The notes beneath the pieces are model-generated. The model did not search any database. It was given only the letters and a program-made list of their open reading frames with translations, and had not been told where the DNA came from. Source: Acidimicrobiales bacterium (GTDB taxonomy: Bacteria > Actinomycetota > Acidimicrobiia > Acidimicrobiales > Bog-793). Taken from it: 64,000 nt of DNA. Position numbers and translations under genes: made by a program. Shown one piece after another: positions 17,871 through 27,251 of this stretch; the first letter of the stretch is position 1, and each line of letters begins with the position of its first letter. The DNA lies in NCBI GenBank assembly GCA_035533595.1, contig DATLTN010000031.1:14363-78362 (forward strand), in the 5' to 3' direction.

Positions 17871-18718
17871 ACGGGTGCCCCCCGCTCTCGGGGGCGACGC
17901 GGCTGTGCGCGCTGATCGGTGATCCCGTCGCGCACTCGCTCTCGCCGCTGCTGCACGAGGCCGCCTACGCGGCGCTCGGCGTCGACCTCCGCTACCTCGC
18001 GTTCTCGGTGGCGCCCGGCGAGGCCGCCGCCGCCCTCTCCGGCGCGGCCGCCCTCGGCCTCGTCGGCCTCTCGGTGACCACCCCCCACAAGGACGGGATT
18101 GCCGCCGCCGCCGACACGAGGAGCGCCGTCGTCGAGCGCCTCGGGGCGGCGAACACCGTGGTCTTCCGCCAGGGCCTCTCCGTCGCCGAGAGCACCGACG
18201 GCCCCGGCCTGCTCGACGACCTTGCCCGCGCCCTGTCCTTCTCGCCGGCGGGCGCCCGCTGCGCCGTGCTCGGCGCCGGGGGGGCGGCGCGCGGCGTGGT
18301 GGTCGCGCTCGCCGACGGCGGCGCCGAGTCGGTGCTCGTCGTCAACCGCACGCCGGCGCGGGCGCGCACCGCGGCGGCCCTCGCCGGCGAGCGCGGCCGG
18401 GTCGGCGAGGCGGCTGAGCTCGGTGGGGTCGACCTCGTGGTGAACGCCACCTCGCTCGCCCTGCAGGCCGGTGGTGAGGCAGAGGCCCTCGGCGCCTCGT
18501 TGGCGGCGGCGCTGCGGCCCGGTCAGCTCGCCGTCGACCTCGCCTACCACCCGGCCCGCTCGCCCTTCCTCGCCGCCGCCGCGACGCGTGGCGCGACGGT
18601 TCGCAACGGCCTCGGGATGCTCGTCCACCAGGCGGCGCGCCAGGTGGAGCTCTTCACCGGCGGCGAGGCGCCGGTCGCGGCGATGTGGGCTGCGGTGGGG
18701 GAGCGGCCGACCAGCTGA
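17867..18718 (+). CDS. aroE: Shikimate 5-dehydrogenase
   Basis: LIGDPVAHSLSPLLHEAAY...GLSVTTPHK...NTVVF...VLGAGGAARGVVVAL. GTGA overlap with ruvX. Confidence 0.9.
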   Translation: MNGCPPLSGATRLCALIGDPVAHSLSPLLHEAAYAALGVDLRYLAFSVAPGEAAAALSGAAALGLVGLSVTTPHKDGIAAAADTRSAVVERLGAANTVVFRQGLSVAESTDGPGLLDDLARALSFSPAGARCAVLGAGGAARGVVVALADGGAESVLVVNRTPARARTAAALAGERGRVGEAAELGGVDLVVNATSLALQAGGEAEALGASLAAALRPGQLAVDLAYHPARSPFLAAAATRGATVRNGLGMLVHQAARQVELFTGGEAPVAAMWAAVGERPTS

Positions 18719-18720
18719 GG

Positions 18721-18738
18721 CGGCCGCGCCTGCGGCCG
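18721..18738. terminator. Short GC hairpin between convergent aroE and ferredoxin genes (CGGCCGC-gcct-GCGGCCG)
   Basis: 7-bp arms at 18721-18727 and 18732-18738, read directly. Confidence 0.4.
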
Positions 18739-18744
18739 GGGTGG

Positions 18745-18936
18745 TCAGCCGGTGAGGGTGATCGCCTCCGCGGGGCAGCGCAGCATCGCGGTGCGCGCCG
18801 CCTCGATGCGCCCGTCGGGGACGGGATCGACGAGCACGTGCGCGATGCCGTGCTCGTCGACGCGGAACAGATCGGGGGCGACGTCCTCGCAGATCGCGTG
18901 GCCGACGCAGATCACCTCGTCGACGACGAGCCTCAC
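18745..18936 (-). CDS. Small single-cluster (3Fe-4S type) ferredoxin
   Basis: MRLVVDEVICVGHAICEDVAPDLF...LRCPAEAITLTG: C-x2-H-x2-C...CP pattern, 63 aa, as in actinobacterial P450-type ferredoxins. Confidence 0.85.
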   Translation of the reverse strand: MRLVVDEVICVGHAICEDVAPDLFRVDEHGIAHVLVDPVPDGRIEAARTAMLRCPAEAITLTG

Positions 18937-18966
18937 CGGGCGGTCCCGAGGCCGCGGCAGCGCGCC

Positions 18967-19404
18967 TCAGCCACGCGGCGTGAGGTCGAGGTCCGAGGAG
19001 GCGTCCGTCGGGACCTTCCAGACGAGGTAGCCGTGGTCGAACTCCTCGTGGTTGGCGTTCACCGAGAGGGTGAGGTCCTCCCAGGCCTCGGGGAACTTCT
19101 CCCACTCCTCGGCGTCGACGACGGCGCGCACCTTGGCGAGGTCCTCGGAGATGAACTTGTCCATCGCCTCCTGGTACTGGGGGCGGACGAGCACCGAGAG
19201 GCGCAGCGTCTTGGTGAGCTCGCCGATCTGGTGCAGGCAGACGCGACGGTTCTTCGCCACCCCCGCCTGGTGGGCACGCGTCGCGCGGTCGGAGATCTCG
19301 AGCATGAACTTCGCGAGCCCGCCGTGCAGCTCGGCGAGCTGGTCGAGGCTGAGCTCGGCGCGCCCGTTCGAGGCGACGTGCTGGTGGTCGGTGGCGTCGG
19401 ACAT
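18967..19404 (-). CDS. Hypothetical acidic helical protein (145 aa), co-oriented 30 nt upstream of the ferredoxin
   Basis: Inside ORF 18967..19458. ATG 19404 is preceded by GGAGG (cggaggtccag ATG). MSDATDHQHVASNGRAELSLDQLAELHGGLAKFMLEISDRATRAH... No family recognised. Confidence 0.6.
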   Translation of the reverse strand: MSDATDHQHVASNGRAELSLDQLAELHGGLAKFMLEISDRATRAHQAGVAKNRRVCLHQIGELTKTLRLSVLVRPQYQEAMDKFISEDLAKVRAVVDAEEWEKFPEAWEDLTLSVNANHEEFDHGYLVWKVPTDASSDLDLTPRG

Positions 19405-19540
19405 CTGGACCTCCGTGCTTGGCGGCGTGGCCGCGGCGGGACCTGGCGGCCCGGGCACGGGCCTGTTCCCCGGCGACAGTAGTCAGAAGTCGCGACCCGG
19501 TGGCGCGGGCGCCCGGCGGGGGCGCGCCCGGCGGGGCGCC

Positions 19541-20422
19541 TCAGTTCACCGGCACCGGCAGCATGTGCTCGGCGGCGAGGCGCTCGACGACGGCCTGGCG
19601 GAGCACGCGGGCCACGTCGTCGGCGGCGAGCGGCGCCGTCTGCACCTCGAGGTCGATCGTCACCTGCTGGGCGGCCACGTCCGAGACACCGAGGACGTGC
19701 ACCCCTGAGCGGAGCTTGCCCTCGAGCTCGGGGGCGTCGAGGGCGGTGGTCGCCGCCTCCTCGATCGCCCTCGTCGCGTCCGGGATCGAGACGCCGGTCG
19801 CGATCGCGACCCTCACGAGGGCGCGCGACCAGTGGCGCGAGCTGTTGCCGAGCTTCAGGATCTGCCCGTTCGGGATGTACCAGGCGGTGCCGTCCGCGGT
19901 GCGCAGGCGGGTGACGCGCAGCGAGACCTCCTCGACGGTGCCGGTGGTGGTGTCGTTCACGGTGACGAGGTCGCCGATGCGGTACTGGTCCTCCATCAGC
20001 ATCAGCATCCCGGAGAGGAAGTCGCGCACCAGGCTCTGCGCGCCGAAGCCGATCGTCGCCCCGATCACCGTCGCCCCCGCGAGGAAGGGGCCGAGATTGA
20101 TGCCGACGACGGCGAACACCGTGAGCAGGGCGATGATGCCGATCGCCACCCGCCAGGCGTTGGCGACGATCCGCAGCACGGTGTCGACGCGGCTCGCGTG
20201 CGCCGGGTCGGCGCCCGGCTGCAGGATGCGGCGGACGCGCCCGGGCCCCTTGCGGATGAGGCGCGAGCCGAGGTGCGAGGCGAGCAGGCCGACCACGACG
20301 ACGAGCAGCACGGCGAGCGGTCGCGAGGCGAGGTCCTGCCAGCGCTGGGCCTGCGACGGGTCCACGCCGATGCCGTGCAGCACCTCGTAGAGGTAGCCAC
20401 CCCGCGAAGCGCCGATGATCAC
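19541..20422 (-). CDS. Small-conductance mechanosensitive channel (MscS family)
   Basis: GATIGFGAQSLVRDFLSGMLMLMEDQYRIGDLVTVNDTTTGTVEEVSLRVTRLRTADGTAWYIPNGQI. The start may be further in, because only 8 nt separate it from the divergent gene. Confidence 0.85.
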   Translation of the reverse strand: MIIGASRGGYLYEVLHGIGVDPSQAQRWQDLASRPLAVLLVVVVGLLASHLGSRLIRKGPGRVRRILQPGADPAHASRVDTVLRIVANAWRVAIGIIALLTVFAVVGINLGPFLAGATVIGATIGFGAQSLVRDFLSGMLMLMEDQYRIGDLVTVNDTTTGTVEEVSLRVTRLRTADGTAWYIPNGQILKLGNSSRHWSRALVRVAIATGVSIPDATRAIEEAATTALDAPELEGKLRSGVHVLGVSDVAAQQVTIDLEVQTAPLAADDVARVLRQAVVERLAAEHMLPVPVN

Positions 20423-20430
20423 GGCCGGTA

Positions 20431-21612
20431 ATGATGGCAGCCGTGGCGGTTCAGATGCTCGAGCGTCGCGCCCGCGCTGTCACCGGGCGCCGCGAGGCGA
20501 GCCGCCTGGCGGCGCTGCGCCACCTCGACCTCACCCTCGTCGCCGCCGCGCTCGCCCTCGCGGCGATCGGCGTCGTGATGGTCTACTCGGCGACGAACGC
20601 GATCTACGGCGGCTACTACCTGAAGCACCAGCTGATCTACGCCGTCCTCGGCATCGTGGTGATGGTCGTGCTGATGAGCTTCGACTACCGCCGCCTCGAG
20701 GAGTGGGCGGTCTTCATCTACGGCTTCTCGGTGCTCACGCTGCTCGCGGTGCGCGCCGTCGGCCACACGAGCAACCTCGGCGCGACCCGCGAGATCGTCC
20801 TCGGCCCGCTCGCCATCCAGCCCTCGGAGTTCGGGGTGCTCTCGGTGATCGTCGCCAGCGCGGTCTTCCTGCACCGCCACGACACCGAGCTCGGCGTCGC
20901 CAACCTCGCCCGCCTCGGCGGCCTCGTCGCCGTGCCGATGGCGCTCGTCGCCGCCGAGCCCGACCTCGGGACGACGATCGTCACCGCGGTCGTGGTGGCG
21001 ACGATGCTCGTCGTCGGCGGGGTGCGCCTGCGCTACCTCGCGCTCGTCGTCCTCGGCCTCGTGAGCCTCGTGCTCATCGGCACCAAGGTCCACCTGCTGC
21101 ACAGCTACCAGCTGCAGCGCCTCACCGCGTTCCTCCATCAGAGCGACTGCAACCAGCCGAAGTTCGCCGGGACCCAGGCCTGCTACCAGCCGCTGTTCGC
21201 GCAGACCGCGATCGGTGCCGGCGGCGTCTCGGGGACGGGGCTCTTCCACGGGGCGCTCACCAACTCGAACTACATCCCCGAGGACTGGACGGACATGATC
21301 TTCTCGACCATCGGCGAGCAGTTCGGCTTCGTCGGCTCGGTCGTCGTCGTCGGCCTCTTCGGGGTGATCGCGCTGCGCATGGTGCGCGCCATGCAGGTCG
21401 CGCGCGACACCCTCGGCCGCCTGCTCTGTGGCGGGGCGCTCGCCTTCGTCGCCTTCTCGGTCTTCCAGAACGTCGGGATGAACGCCGGGCTGATGCCGAT
21501 CACCGGGATCCCGCTCCCGTTCATCTCCTACGGCGGCTCGGCGCTGTTCGCTACGTTCGCGGTGGTGGGCCTCGTCGCGAACGTGGAGATGCGCAGGTTC
21601 CGCAGCCGGTGA
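20431..21612 (+). CDS. SEDS-family peptidoglycan polymerase (RodA/FtsW/SpoVE)
   Basis: LDLTLVAAALALAAIGVVMVYSAT...GLMPITGIPLPFISYGGSALFATF. About 10 TM helices. Confidence 0.85.
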   Translation: MMAAVAVQMLERRARAVTGRREASRLAALRHLDLTLVAAALALAAIGVVMVYSATNAIYGGYYLKHQLIYAVLGIVVMVVLMSFDYRRLEEWAVFIYGFSVLTLLAVRAVGHTSNLGATREIVLGPLAIQPSEFGVLSVIVASAVFLHRHDTELGVANLARLGGLVAVPMALVAAEPDLGTTIVTAVVVATMLVVGGVRLRYLALVVLGLVSLVLIGTKVHLLHSYQLQRLTAFLHQSDCNQPKFAGTQACYQPLFAQTAIGAGGVSGTGLFHGALTNSNYIPEDWTDMIFSTIGEQFGFVGSVVVVGLFGVIALRMVRAMQVARDTLGRLLCGGALAFVAFSVFQNVGMNAGLMPITGIPLPFISYGGSALFATFAVVGLVANVEMRRFRSR

Positions 21613-22094
21613 GCGAGGCCGGAGCGGCCGCCGACACCGCCGGTGGGGAGGAAGAGGGGTCCGAGCAGCTGGCGCCCGTGCGCTACTGCCCGGTCGAGAT
21701 CGCCGCCGTCGAGGTCCTCCTCCCCGAGAGCCACGCCCGCCTCGTGCTCTGCGAGATCGGAGGCCAGCGCCGTGCCTTCACCGTGCCGATCGGCATCCCC
21801 GAGGCGAACGCCATCGTCTACGCCCGCGAGGGGCTGCAGACGCCGCGCCCGCTCACCCACGAGCTCTTCGCCTCCAGCCTCGCCGCCTACGGGATCGTGC
21901 TCGAGGCGGTGCGCATCACCGCCGGCGAGGACCGCGCCTTTCGCGCCGAGGTGGTCTTCTCCGGGCCGAGCGGCCCCCGCACCCTCGACTGCCGCCCCTC
22001 GGACGGCATCGCCCTCGCGCTCCGCCACCCCCTACCGGTGCCGCTCACGGTCACCGAGGCGGTGCTCGATCAGCTCGGCGTCGCGACCGGCTGA
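21609..22094 (+). CDS. Bifunctional nuclease (BFN/DUF151) family protein
   Basis: Frame of ORF 20415..22094, from GTG 21609 (GTGA overlap with the SEDS stop). VEIAAVEVLLPESHARLVLCEIGGQRRAFTVPIGIPEANAIVYAREGLQTPRPLTHELF...DCRPSDGIALALR. Confidence 0.75.
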   Translation: MSEAGAAADTAGGEEEGSEQLAPVRYCPVEIAAVEVLLPESHARLVLCEIGGQRRAFTVPIGIPEANAIVYAREGLQTPRPLTHELFASSLAAYGIVLEAVRITAGEDRAFRAEVVFSGPSGPRTLDCRPSDGIALALRHPLPVPLTVTEAVLDQLGVATG

Positions 22095-23398
22095 TTGCCC
22101 TCGTTGGAGATCCGCATGAGGATCGCCAGCAGCGCGTAGTTGGCGACGAGCGAGGAGCCACCCGCCGAGACGAAGGGGAGGGTGACCCCCGTGAGCGGCA
22201 GCAGGCGGGTGACGCCGGCCATGATGAAGAAGGCCTGGAAGCCGATGAGCACCGTCAGCCCCGCGGCGCAGAGCTTGGAGAACTCCGAGCGGGCCCGCAG
22301 CGAGGCGCGCAGCCCGCTGCCGACGAGCAGCAGGAAGCCGATGATCACCGCCGTCGCCCCGAACAGGCCGAGCTCCTCGCCCATCACCGCGAAGATGAAG
22401 TCGCTCGTGTTCACCGGGAGCACCACCGGGTTCGCGGAGATGCCGAGGCCGAGGCCGGTGCCGTAGAGGCCGCCCCGCGCGAAGGCGACCTCGCCCTGCA
22501 CGGTCTGGTAGCCGGTGTTGGTCGGGTCGGACCAGGCGTGCAGCCAGGTGGTGATCCGCCCGTCGACCTGGCCGAGGACGTGGCTCGCGACGAAGGTGGC
22601 GGCGATGAAGGCGACGATGCCGATCGCGAGGTAGGTCCAGCGTCCGGTCGTCAGCCACAGCAGCGACAAGAAGACGATGAACAGCAGCAACGCGAAGCCG
22701 ATGTCGCGCTCGCCGAGGATCACGATCAGTGACATCACCGCGGCCACCGCGATCGGCCCGAAGGCGCGCAGGTCGGGGAGCATGTGGTTGCCGACGCGGC
22801 GCGTCGGGATGGTGAGCAGCTCGCGCTTCTCGATGAAGTACGAGGCGAAGAAGATCACGAGCAGCAACTTCGCGATCTCGACCGGCTGGAAGGTGATCGA
22901 GCCGGCGTGCACCCAGAGGTAGGCGCCGCTCACCCTGTTGATCGGCGCGCCGATCACTGGGACGACCGGCGCGACGAGCAACCCGAAGGCCGCGAGCAGC
23001 AACAGGTAGCGGTAGCGCTCGAGGTCGCGGCTGTGGCGGAAGACGAGCAGCACCGCGCTGTAGGCGCCGAGGCCGATCACCGTCCAGGCGAACTGCGGCC
23101 CGGCCCCGTGCGGGGCGATGCGGCTGATCATCACGTAGCCGAGGCCGTTCATCACGAGGGCGAGCGGCATCATCACCGGGTCGGCGTCGGGGACGAGGCG
23201 GCGGTTCACGGCCTGCACGATGACGAGCACGCCGATCAGGCCGAGGAGGAAGAGGAGCTCGTGCGCGGGGAGGGCGTTGGACTTCGCGAGCGCCGGCAGC
23301 AGCGAGGCGAAGATGATCGCGACCCCACCGACGACGAGGAGGCCGAGCTCGCTCCGCCGTCGCGGCTTGGTGCGGTAGCCGAGCGCCGCGAGCTGCAC
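22070..23398 (-). CDS. Second SEDS-family protein (FtsW/RodA/SpoVE)
   Basis: 442 aa, polytopic. ...SDFIFAVMGEELGLFG...GVTLPFVSAGGSSLVANYALLAILMRIS. The 3' end overlaps the BFN gene by 25 nt (convergent). Confidence 0.85.
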   Translation of the reverse strand: MQLAALGYRTKPRRRSELGLLVVGGVAIIFASLLPALAKSNALPAHELLFLLGLIGVLVIVQAVNRRLVPDADPVMMPLALVMNGLGYVMISRIAPHGAGPQFAWTVIGLGAYSAVLLVFRHSRDLERYRYLLLLAAFGLLVAPVVPVIGAPINRVSGAYLWVHAGSITFQPVEIAKLLLVIFFASYFIEKRELLTIPTRRVGNHMLPDLRAFGPIAVAAVMSLIVILGERDIGFALLLFIVFLSLLWLTTGRWTYLAIGIVAFIAATFVASHVLGQVDGRITTWLHAWSDPTNTGYQTVQGEVAFARGGLYGTGLGLGISANPVVLPVNTSDFIFAVMGEELGLFGATAVIIGFLLLVGSGLRASLRARSEFSKLCAAGLTVLIGFQAFFIMAGVTRLLPLTGVTLPFVSAGGSSLVANYALLAILMRISNEGNQPVATPS

Positions 23399-23463
23399 CT
23401 CGCCACCGTACCGCCCCAGATGAGTCGACCGGCGCTCACGCAGCCCCGGTAGCGTTGGGCCCG

Positions 23464-25668
23464 ATGATCAGGCGCTTCGACGAGGAATCGGTGATCCCCC
23501 TCCACCCCGAGCGCCTCGAGGACGAGAAGTCCCCCGATCACTACGGGGCGGCGCGCTTTTTGAACCGCGAGCTCTCCTGGCTCGAGTTCGCCGACCGCCT
23601 CCTCGACCTCGCCGCCGACGCCTCGCTGCCGCTGCTCGAGCGGGTGAAGTTCCTCGCCATCTTCTCCTCGGGCCTCGACGAGTTCTTCCAGGTGCGCGTC
23701 GCGGGGTTGCGCGACCAGGAGGCGGCGGGCTACGCCGAGCGCTCCGCGGACGGCCGCACCCCGACCGAGCAGCTCGCCGCGGTCCGCGAGCGGACCTGTG
23801 AGCTCGTGGTGCGCAACGCGGCGATCTTCTCCGGCGCGCTCCACCCCGCCCTCGCCGCCGCGGGCATCCGCCTCCTCGACTACGAGCACCTCGACGCCGC
23901 GGGGCAGGCCGAGCTCGACGAGGTCTTCGAGCGCAAGATCTTCCCCGTCCTCACCCCCCTCGCCGTCGACCCCGGCCACCCCTTCCCCTACATCTCCAAC
24001 CTCTCGCTCAACCTCGCGGTGCGCGTCGAGGACCCCGAGGCGGGGATGCACCGCTTCGCGCGGGTGAAGGTGCCACCGCTGCTGCCGCGCTTCGTGCCGC
24101 TCGCGGACGGCGAGCGCTTCTGTCCCCTCGAGCAGGTGATCGCCGCCAACCTGCACACGCTCTTCCCGGAGATGGAGATCGGTGGCCACTACGCCTTTCG
24201 CGTCACCCGCAACGCCGACTTGGACTTCGAGTCCTCCGACGCGGACGACCTGCTCGCCGCCGTCGAGATCGAGCTTCGCCGCCGCCGCTTCGGCCGCGCC
24301 GTGCGCCTCGAGATCGACCCAGCGATGTCGCGGGACATGGTGCAGCTGCTCCTCGACGAGCTCGAGCTCGACGACGACGACGTCTACGCCGCCTCGGTGC
24401 CCCTCGACCTCGCGCAGCTGTGGTCGATCGCGGCGATGGACCGCGCGGACCTGAAGGACCCGCCCTACCAGCCGGTCCCGCCGCCCGCCCTCACGACCGG
24501 CGTCGACGAGCCGACCGACTTCTTCGCGGTCCTCGCCGAGCGGGACGTGCTCGTCCACCACCCCTACGAGTCCTTCGCCGCCTCGGTCGACGCCTTCGTG
24601 CTGCAAGCCGCCGCCGACCCCGACGTCCTTGCCATCAAGCAGACCCTCTACCGCACCGCCGGTGACGCGCAGATCGTCGCCGCGCTGGCACGCGCCGCCG
24701 AGGAGGGCAAGCAGGTCGCCGCCCTCGTCGAGCTCACCGCCCGCTTCGACGAGCAGCGCAACATCGCCTGGGCCCGCCAGCTCGAGCAGGCCGGGGTGCA
24801 CGTCGTCTACGGGGTGGTCGGCCTGAAGACGCACGCGAAGACGATCCTCGTCGTCCGCCGCGAGGCCGACGGCATCCGCCGTTACTGCCACGTCGGGACG
24901 GGGAACTACAACGCGGACACCGCACGCATCTACGAGGACCTCGGCCTGTTCACCGCTGACGAGGCGATCGGGGCCGACCTCACGGACATGTTCAACTACC
25001 TCACCGGCTTCTCCCAGCCACCGCGCACACGGCGCCTCGTGCTCGCGCCCCAGGACTTCCGCCCCTGGGTCCTCGAGCAGATCGCCCTCGAGGCGGCGGC
25101 GGGGGAGGCGGGACGGATCGCCCTCAAGCTGAACGGCATCACCGACCCCGAGGTGATCGACGCCCTCTACGGCGCGGCGCGCGCCGGGTGCGCGGTCTCC
25201 CTCGTCGTGCGGGGGCTCTGCTGCCTGCGCCCGGGGGTGCCCGGGCTCTCCGAGACGATCCGCGTGCGCTCGATCGTCAGCCACTACCTCGAGCACTCCC
25301 GCATCTACCGCTTCGGCAGCCCCGGCCCCGAGGTCACCGCCCACTGCGCCCTCGAGCCGGCGACCGACACGCCCGCCGAGGAGAGCCGCCCCGCCCGCTA
25401 CTTCGTCGGCTCGGCCGACCTCATCCAGCGCAACCTCGACTTCCGCATCGAGGCGCTCGCCCCGGTGCTCGACCCCGAGCTCTGCGGGCGCCTCGAGGAC
25501 GTCCTCACGCTCTGCGCCGAGGACGACCACAACTCCTGGACCCTCTCCGCGGCGGGCAGCTGGCGGCGCAGCCACGGCCCCGCGGAGCACGCCGCGCAGC
25601 GCCGACTGCAGGCGCTCGCCCACGAGCGCGCCCAGCGACGGCGGGCGCACGAGGTGCTCGGCAACTAG
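23464..25668 (+). CDS. ppk: Polyphosphate kinase 1
   Basis: FLNRELSWLEFADRLLDLAADASLPLLERVKFLAIFSSGLDEFFQVRVAGL...GTGNYN...HSRIYRF. The start is either TTG 23455 or ATG 23464. Confidence 0.95.
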   Translation: MIRRFDEESVIPLHPERLEDEKSPDHYGAARFLNRELSWLEFADRLLDLAADASLPLLERVKFLAIFSSGLDEFFQVRVAGLRDQEAAGYAERSADGRTPTEQLAAVRERTCELVVRNAAIFSGALHPALAAAGIRLLDYEHLDAAGQAELDEVFERKIFPVLTPLAVDPGHPFPYISNLSLNLAVRVEDPEAGMHRFARVKVPPLLPRFVPLADGERFCPLEQVIAANLHTLFPEMEIGGHYAFRVTRNADLDFESSDADDLLAAVEIELRRRRFGRAVRLEIDPAMSRDMVQLLLDELELDDDDVYAASVPLDLAQLWSIAAMDRADLKDPPYQPVPPPALTTGVDEPTDFFAVLAERDVLVHHPYESFAASVDAFVLQAAADPDVLAIKQTLYRTAGDAQIVAALARAAEEGKQVAALVELTARFDEQRNIAWARQLEQAGVHVVYGVVGLKTHAKTILVVRREADGIRRYCHVGTGNYNADTARIYEDLGLFTADEAIGADLTDMFNYLTGFSQPPRTRRLVLAPQDFRPWVLEQIALEAAAGEAGRIALKLNGITDPEVIDALYGAARAGCAVSLVVRGLCCLRPGVPGLSETIRVRSIVSHYLEHSRIYRFGSPGPEVTAHCALEPATDTPAEESRPARYFVGSADLIQRNLDFRIEALAPVLDPELCGRLEDVLTLCAEDDHNSWTLSAAGSWRRSHGPAEHAAQRRLQALAHERAQRRRAHEVLGN

Positions 25669-27251
25669 TGCGGATCGCGGCGCTCGATCTCGGCAGCAAT
25701 TCCTTCCACCTCCTCGTCTGCGAGGCGCGCCTCGACGGGAGCTTCAGCCCGCTCGCCCGCGAGAAGGAGATGCTCCGTCTCGGCGACCAGGTCGCCCGCA
25801 CGGGGAGGATCGGACGCGAGTCGACGGCGCGCGCCGTCGAGGTGATCGCGCGCTTCAAGGCGATCGCGGAGGCCAACCACGCCGACGAGACGATCGCGCT
25901 CGGCACCGCCGCGATCCGCGAGGCCGAGGACGGCGTCGCCTTCGTGAATCGCGTGCGCGCCGAGACCGGCGTCGAGATCGAGGTTGTCGACGGGGTGGTC
26001 GAGGCGCGGCTGATCTTCACCGCGATCCGCTCGAGCGTGCTCATCGAGCCCGCCCCCGCGCTCGCCGCCGACCTCGGCGGCGGCAGCCTCGAGGTGATGG
26101 TCGGCGACCAGGGGGCGCTCATGTACGCGGCCAGCCTCCGCCTCGGCGTCGGCCGCCTCACCGCCGAGCTCGTGAGCACCGACCCGCCCTCGCGCCGTGA
26201 CCGCCGGCGCCTCGAGGAGCGGGTGCGCGGCGAGCTCGCCCCGGTCCTCGCCGAGGCGCGTGAGCTGAAGCCGCGCATGCTGATCGGCTCGTCGGGGACC
26301 TTCTCTGACCTCGCGAAGATGGCGGTCGCGGAACGCGGCGGGGGTGAGCCGGCGAGCCTCAACCAGGTGACCGTGGCCCGCGCCGAGCTGCTCGCCCTCG
26401 AGCGGGCGATCTTCGGCGCGGACGCGGAGGCGCGCGCCAAGCTGCCGGGCGGCGACCAGAAGCGCGCCGAGCTGCTCCCCGCGGGGATCATCGTCCTCAA
26501 CCACCTGATGGAGGAGACCGGCCTCGGCGAGCTGACGATCAGCGACTGGGCGCTGCGCGAAGGGGTGGTGCTGAACGCGATCGGCGGTCACGACCGCGCC
26601 GAGCTCGCCGACGACCCGCGCGCGCTGCGGCGCGCCTCGGTGCTCTCGCTCTGCCGCCGCTCCAACTGGCGCCAGCCGCACGCCCGCCAGGTGGCGGCGA
26701 TCGCGGTCGCCCTCTTCGACGTCACCGCGCAGCTGCACCGCCTGCCCCCCGAAGACCGGGAGCTCCTCGAGCTCGCCGCGCTGCTGCACGACATCGGCGA
26801 ACACGTGAGCCGCGTCGACCACGACCGCCACACCGCCTACCTGATCGAGCACGGGGGGCTGCGCGGCTTCACCCCCGAGGAGGTGCGGATGCTCTCGCTG
26901 ATCGGCCGCTTCCACGTGCGCGGCACCCCCCGCCCGCACAGCGCCGGCAATGGGGCGCTCACCGAGGACGAGCGCCAGCGGGTGCTCGGGCTGACGGCGC
27001 TGCTGCGCGTCGCCGACAGCCTCGACGCCTCGCACGCAGGCTCGGTCGGCGCGATCCGCCTCGAGAAGGAGCGCGCCGGGACGGTGACGCTGCGCATCGC
27101 CGCGAAGGGCGACGCCGAGCTCGAGCAGTGGGCCTTCCGCCGCAAGCGGGGGTTGTTCGAGAAGAGCTTCGGCCGCCGCGTCGAGGCGGTGTTCGACCGC
27201 CAGGGCCGCGAGGACTTCGAGGCCGCGGAGCTCGTCCCCGGCTACTCCTGA
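25668..27251 (+). CDS. ppx: Exopolyphosphatase, Ppx/GppA family with C-terminal HD domain
   Basis: Inside ORF 25188..27251, from GTG 25668 (shares 1 nt with the ppk TAG). VRIAALDLGSNSFHLLV...GTAAIREA...DLGGGSLE...LLHDIGEHV. Confidence 0.9.
   Translation: MRIAALDLGSNSFHLLVCEARLDGSFSPLAREKEMLRLGDQVARTGRIGRESTARAVEVIARFKAIAEANHADETIALGTAAIREAEDGVAFVNRVRAETGVEIEVVDGVVEARLIFTAIRSSVLIEPAPALAADLGGGSLEVMVGDQGALMYAASLRLGVGRLTAELVSTDPPSRRDRRRLEERVRGELAPVLAEARELKPRMLIGSSGTFSDLAKMAVAERGGGEPASLNQVTVARAELLALERAIFGADAEARAKLPGGDQKRAELLPAGIIVLNHLMEETGLGELTISDWALREGVVLNAIGGHDRAELADDPRALRRASVLSLCRRSNWRQPHARQVAAIAVALFDVTAQLHRLPPEDRELLELAALLHDIGEHVSRVDHDRHTAYLIEHGGLRGFTPEEVRMLSLIGRFHVRGTPRPHSAGNGALTEDERQRVLGLTALLRVADSLDASHAGSVGAIRLEKERAGTVTLRIAAKGDAELEQWAFRRKRGLFEKSFGRRVEAVFDRQGREDFEAAELVPGYS

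Noticed and set aside
20415-22094. The 559-aa ORF spanning the first SEDS gene and the BFN gene as a fusion protein.
   Set aside because: Its first 400 codons are an out-of-frame shadow of the SEDS gene. Only the last 161 codons (from GTG 21609) match the BFN/DUF151 family.
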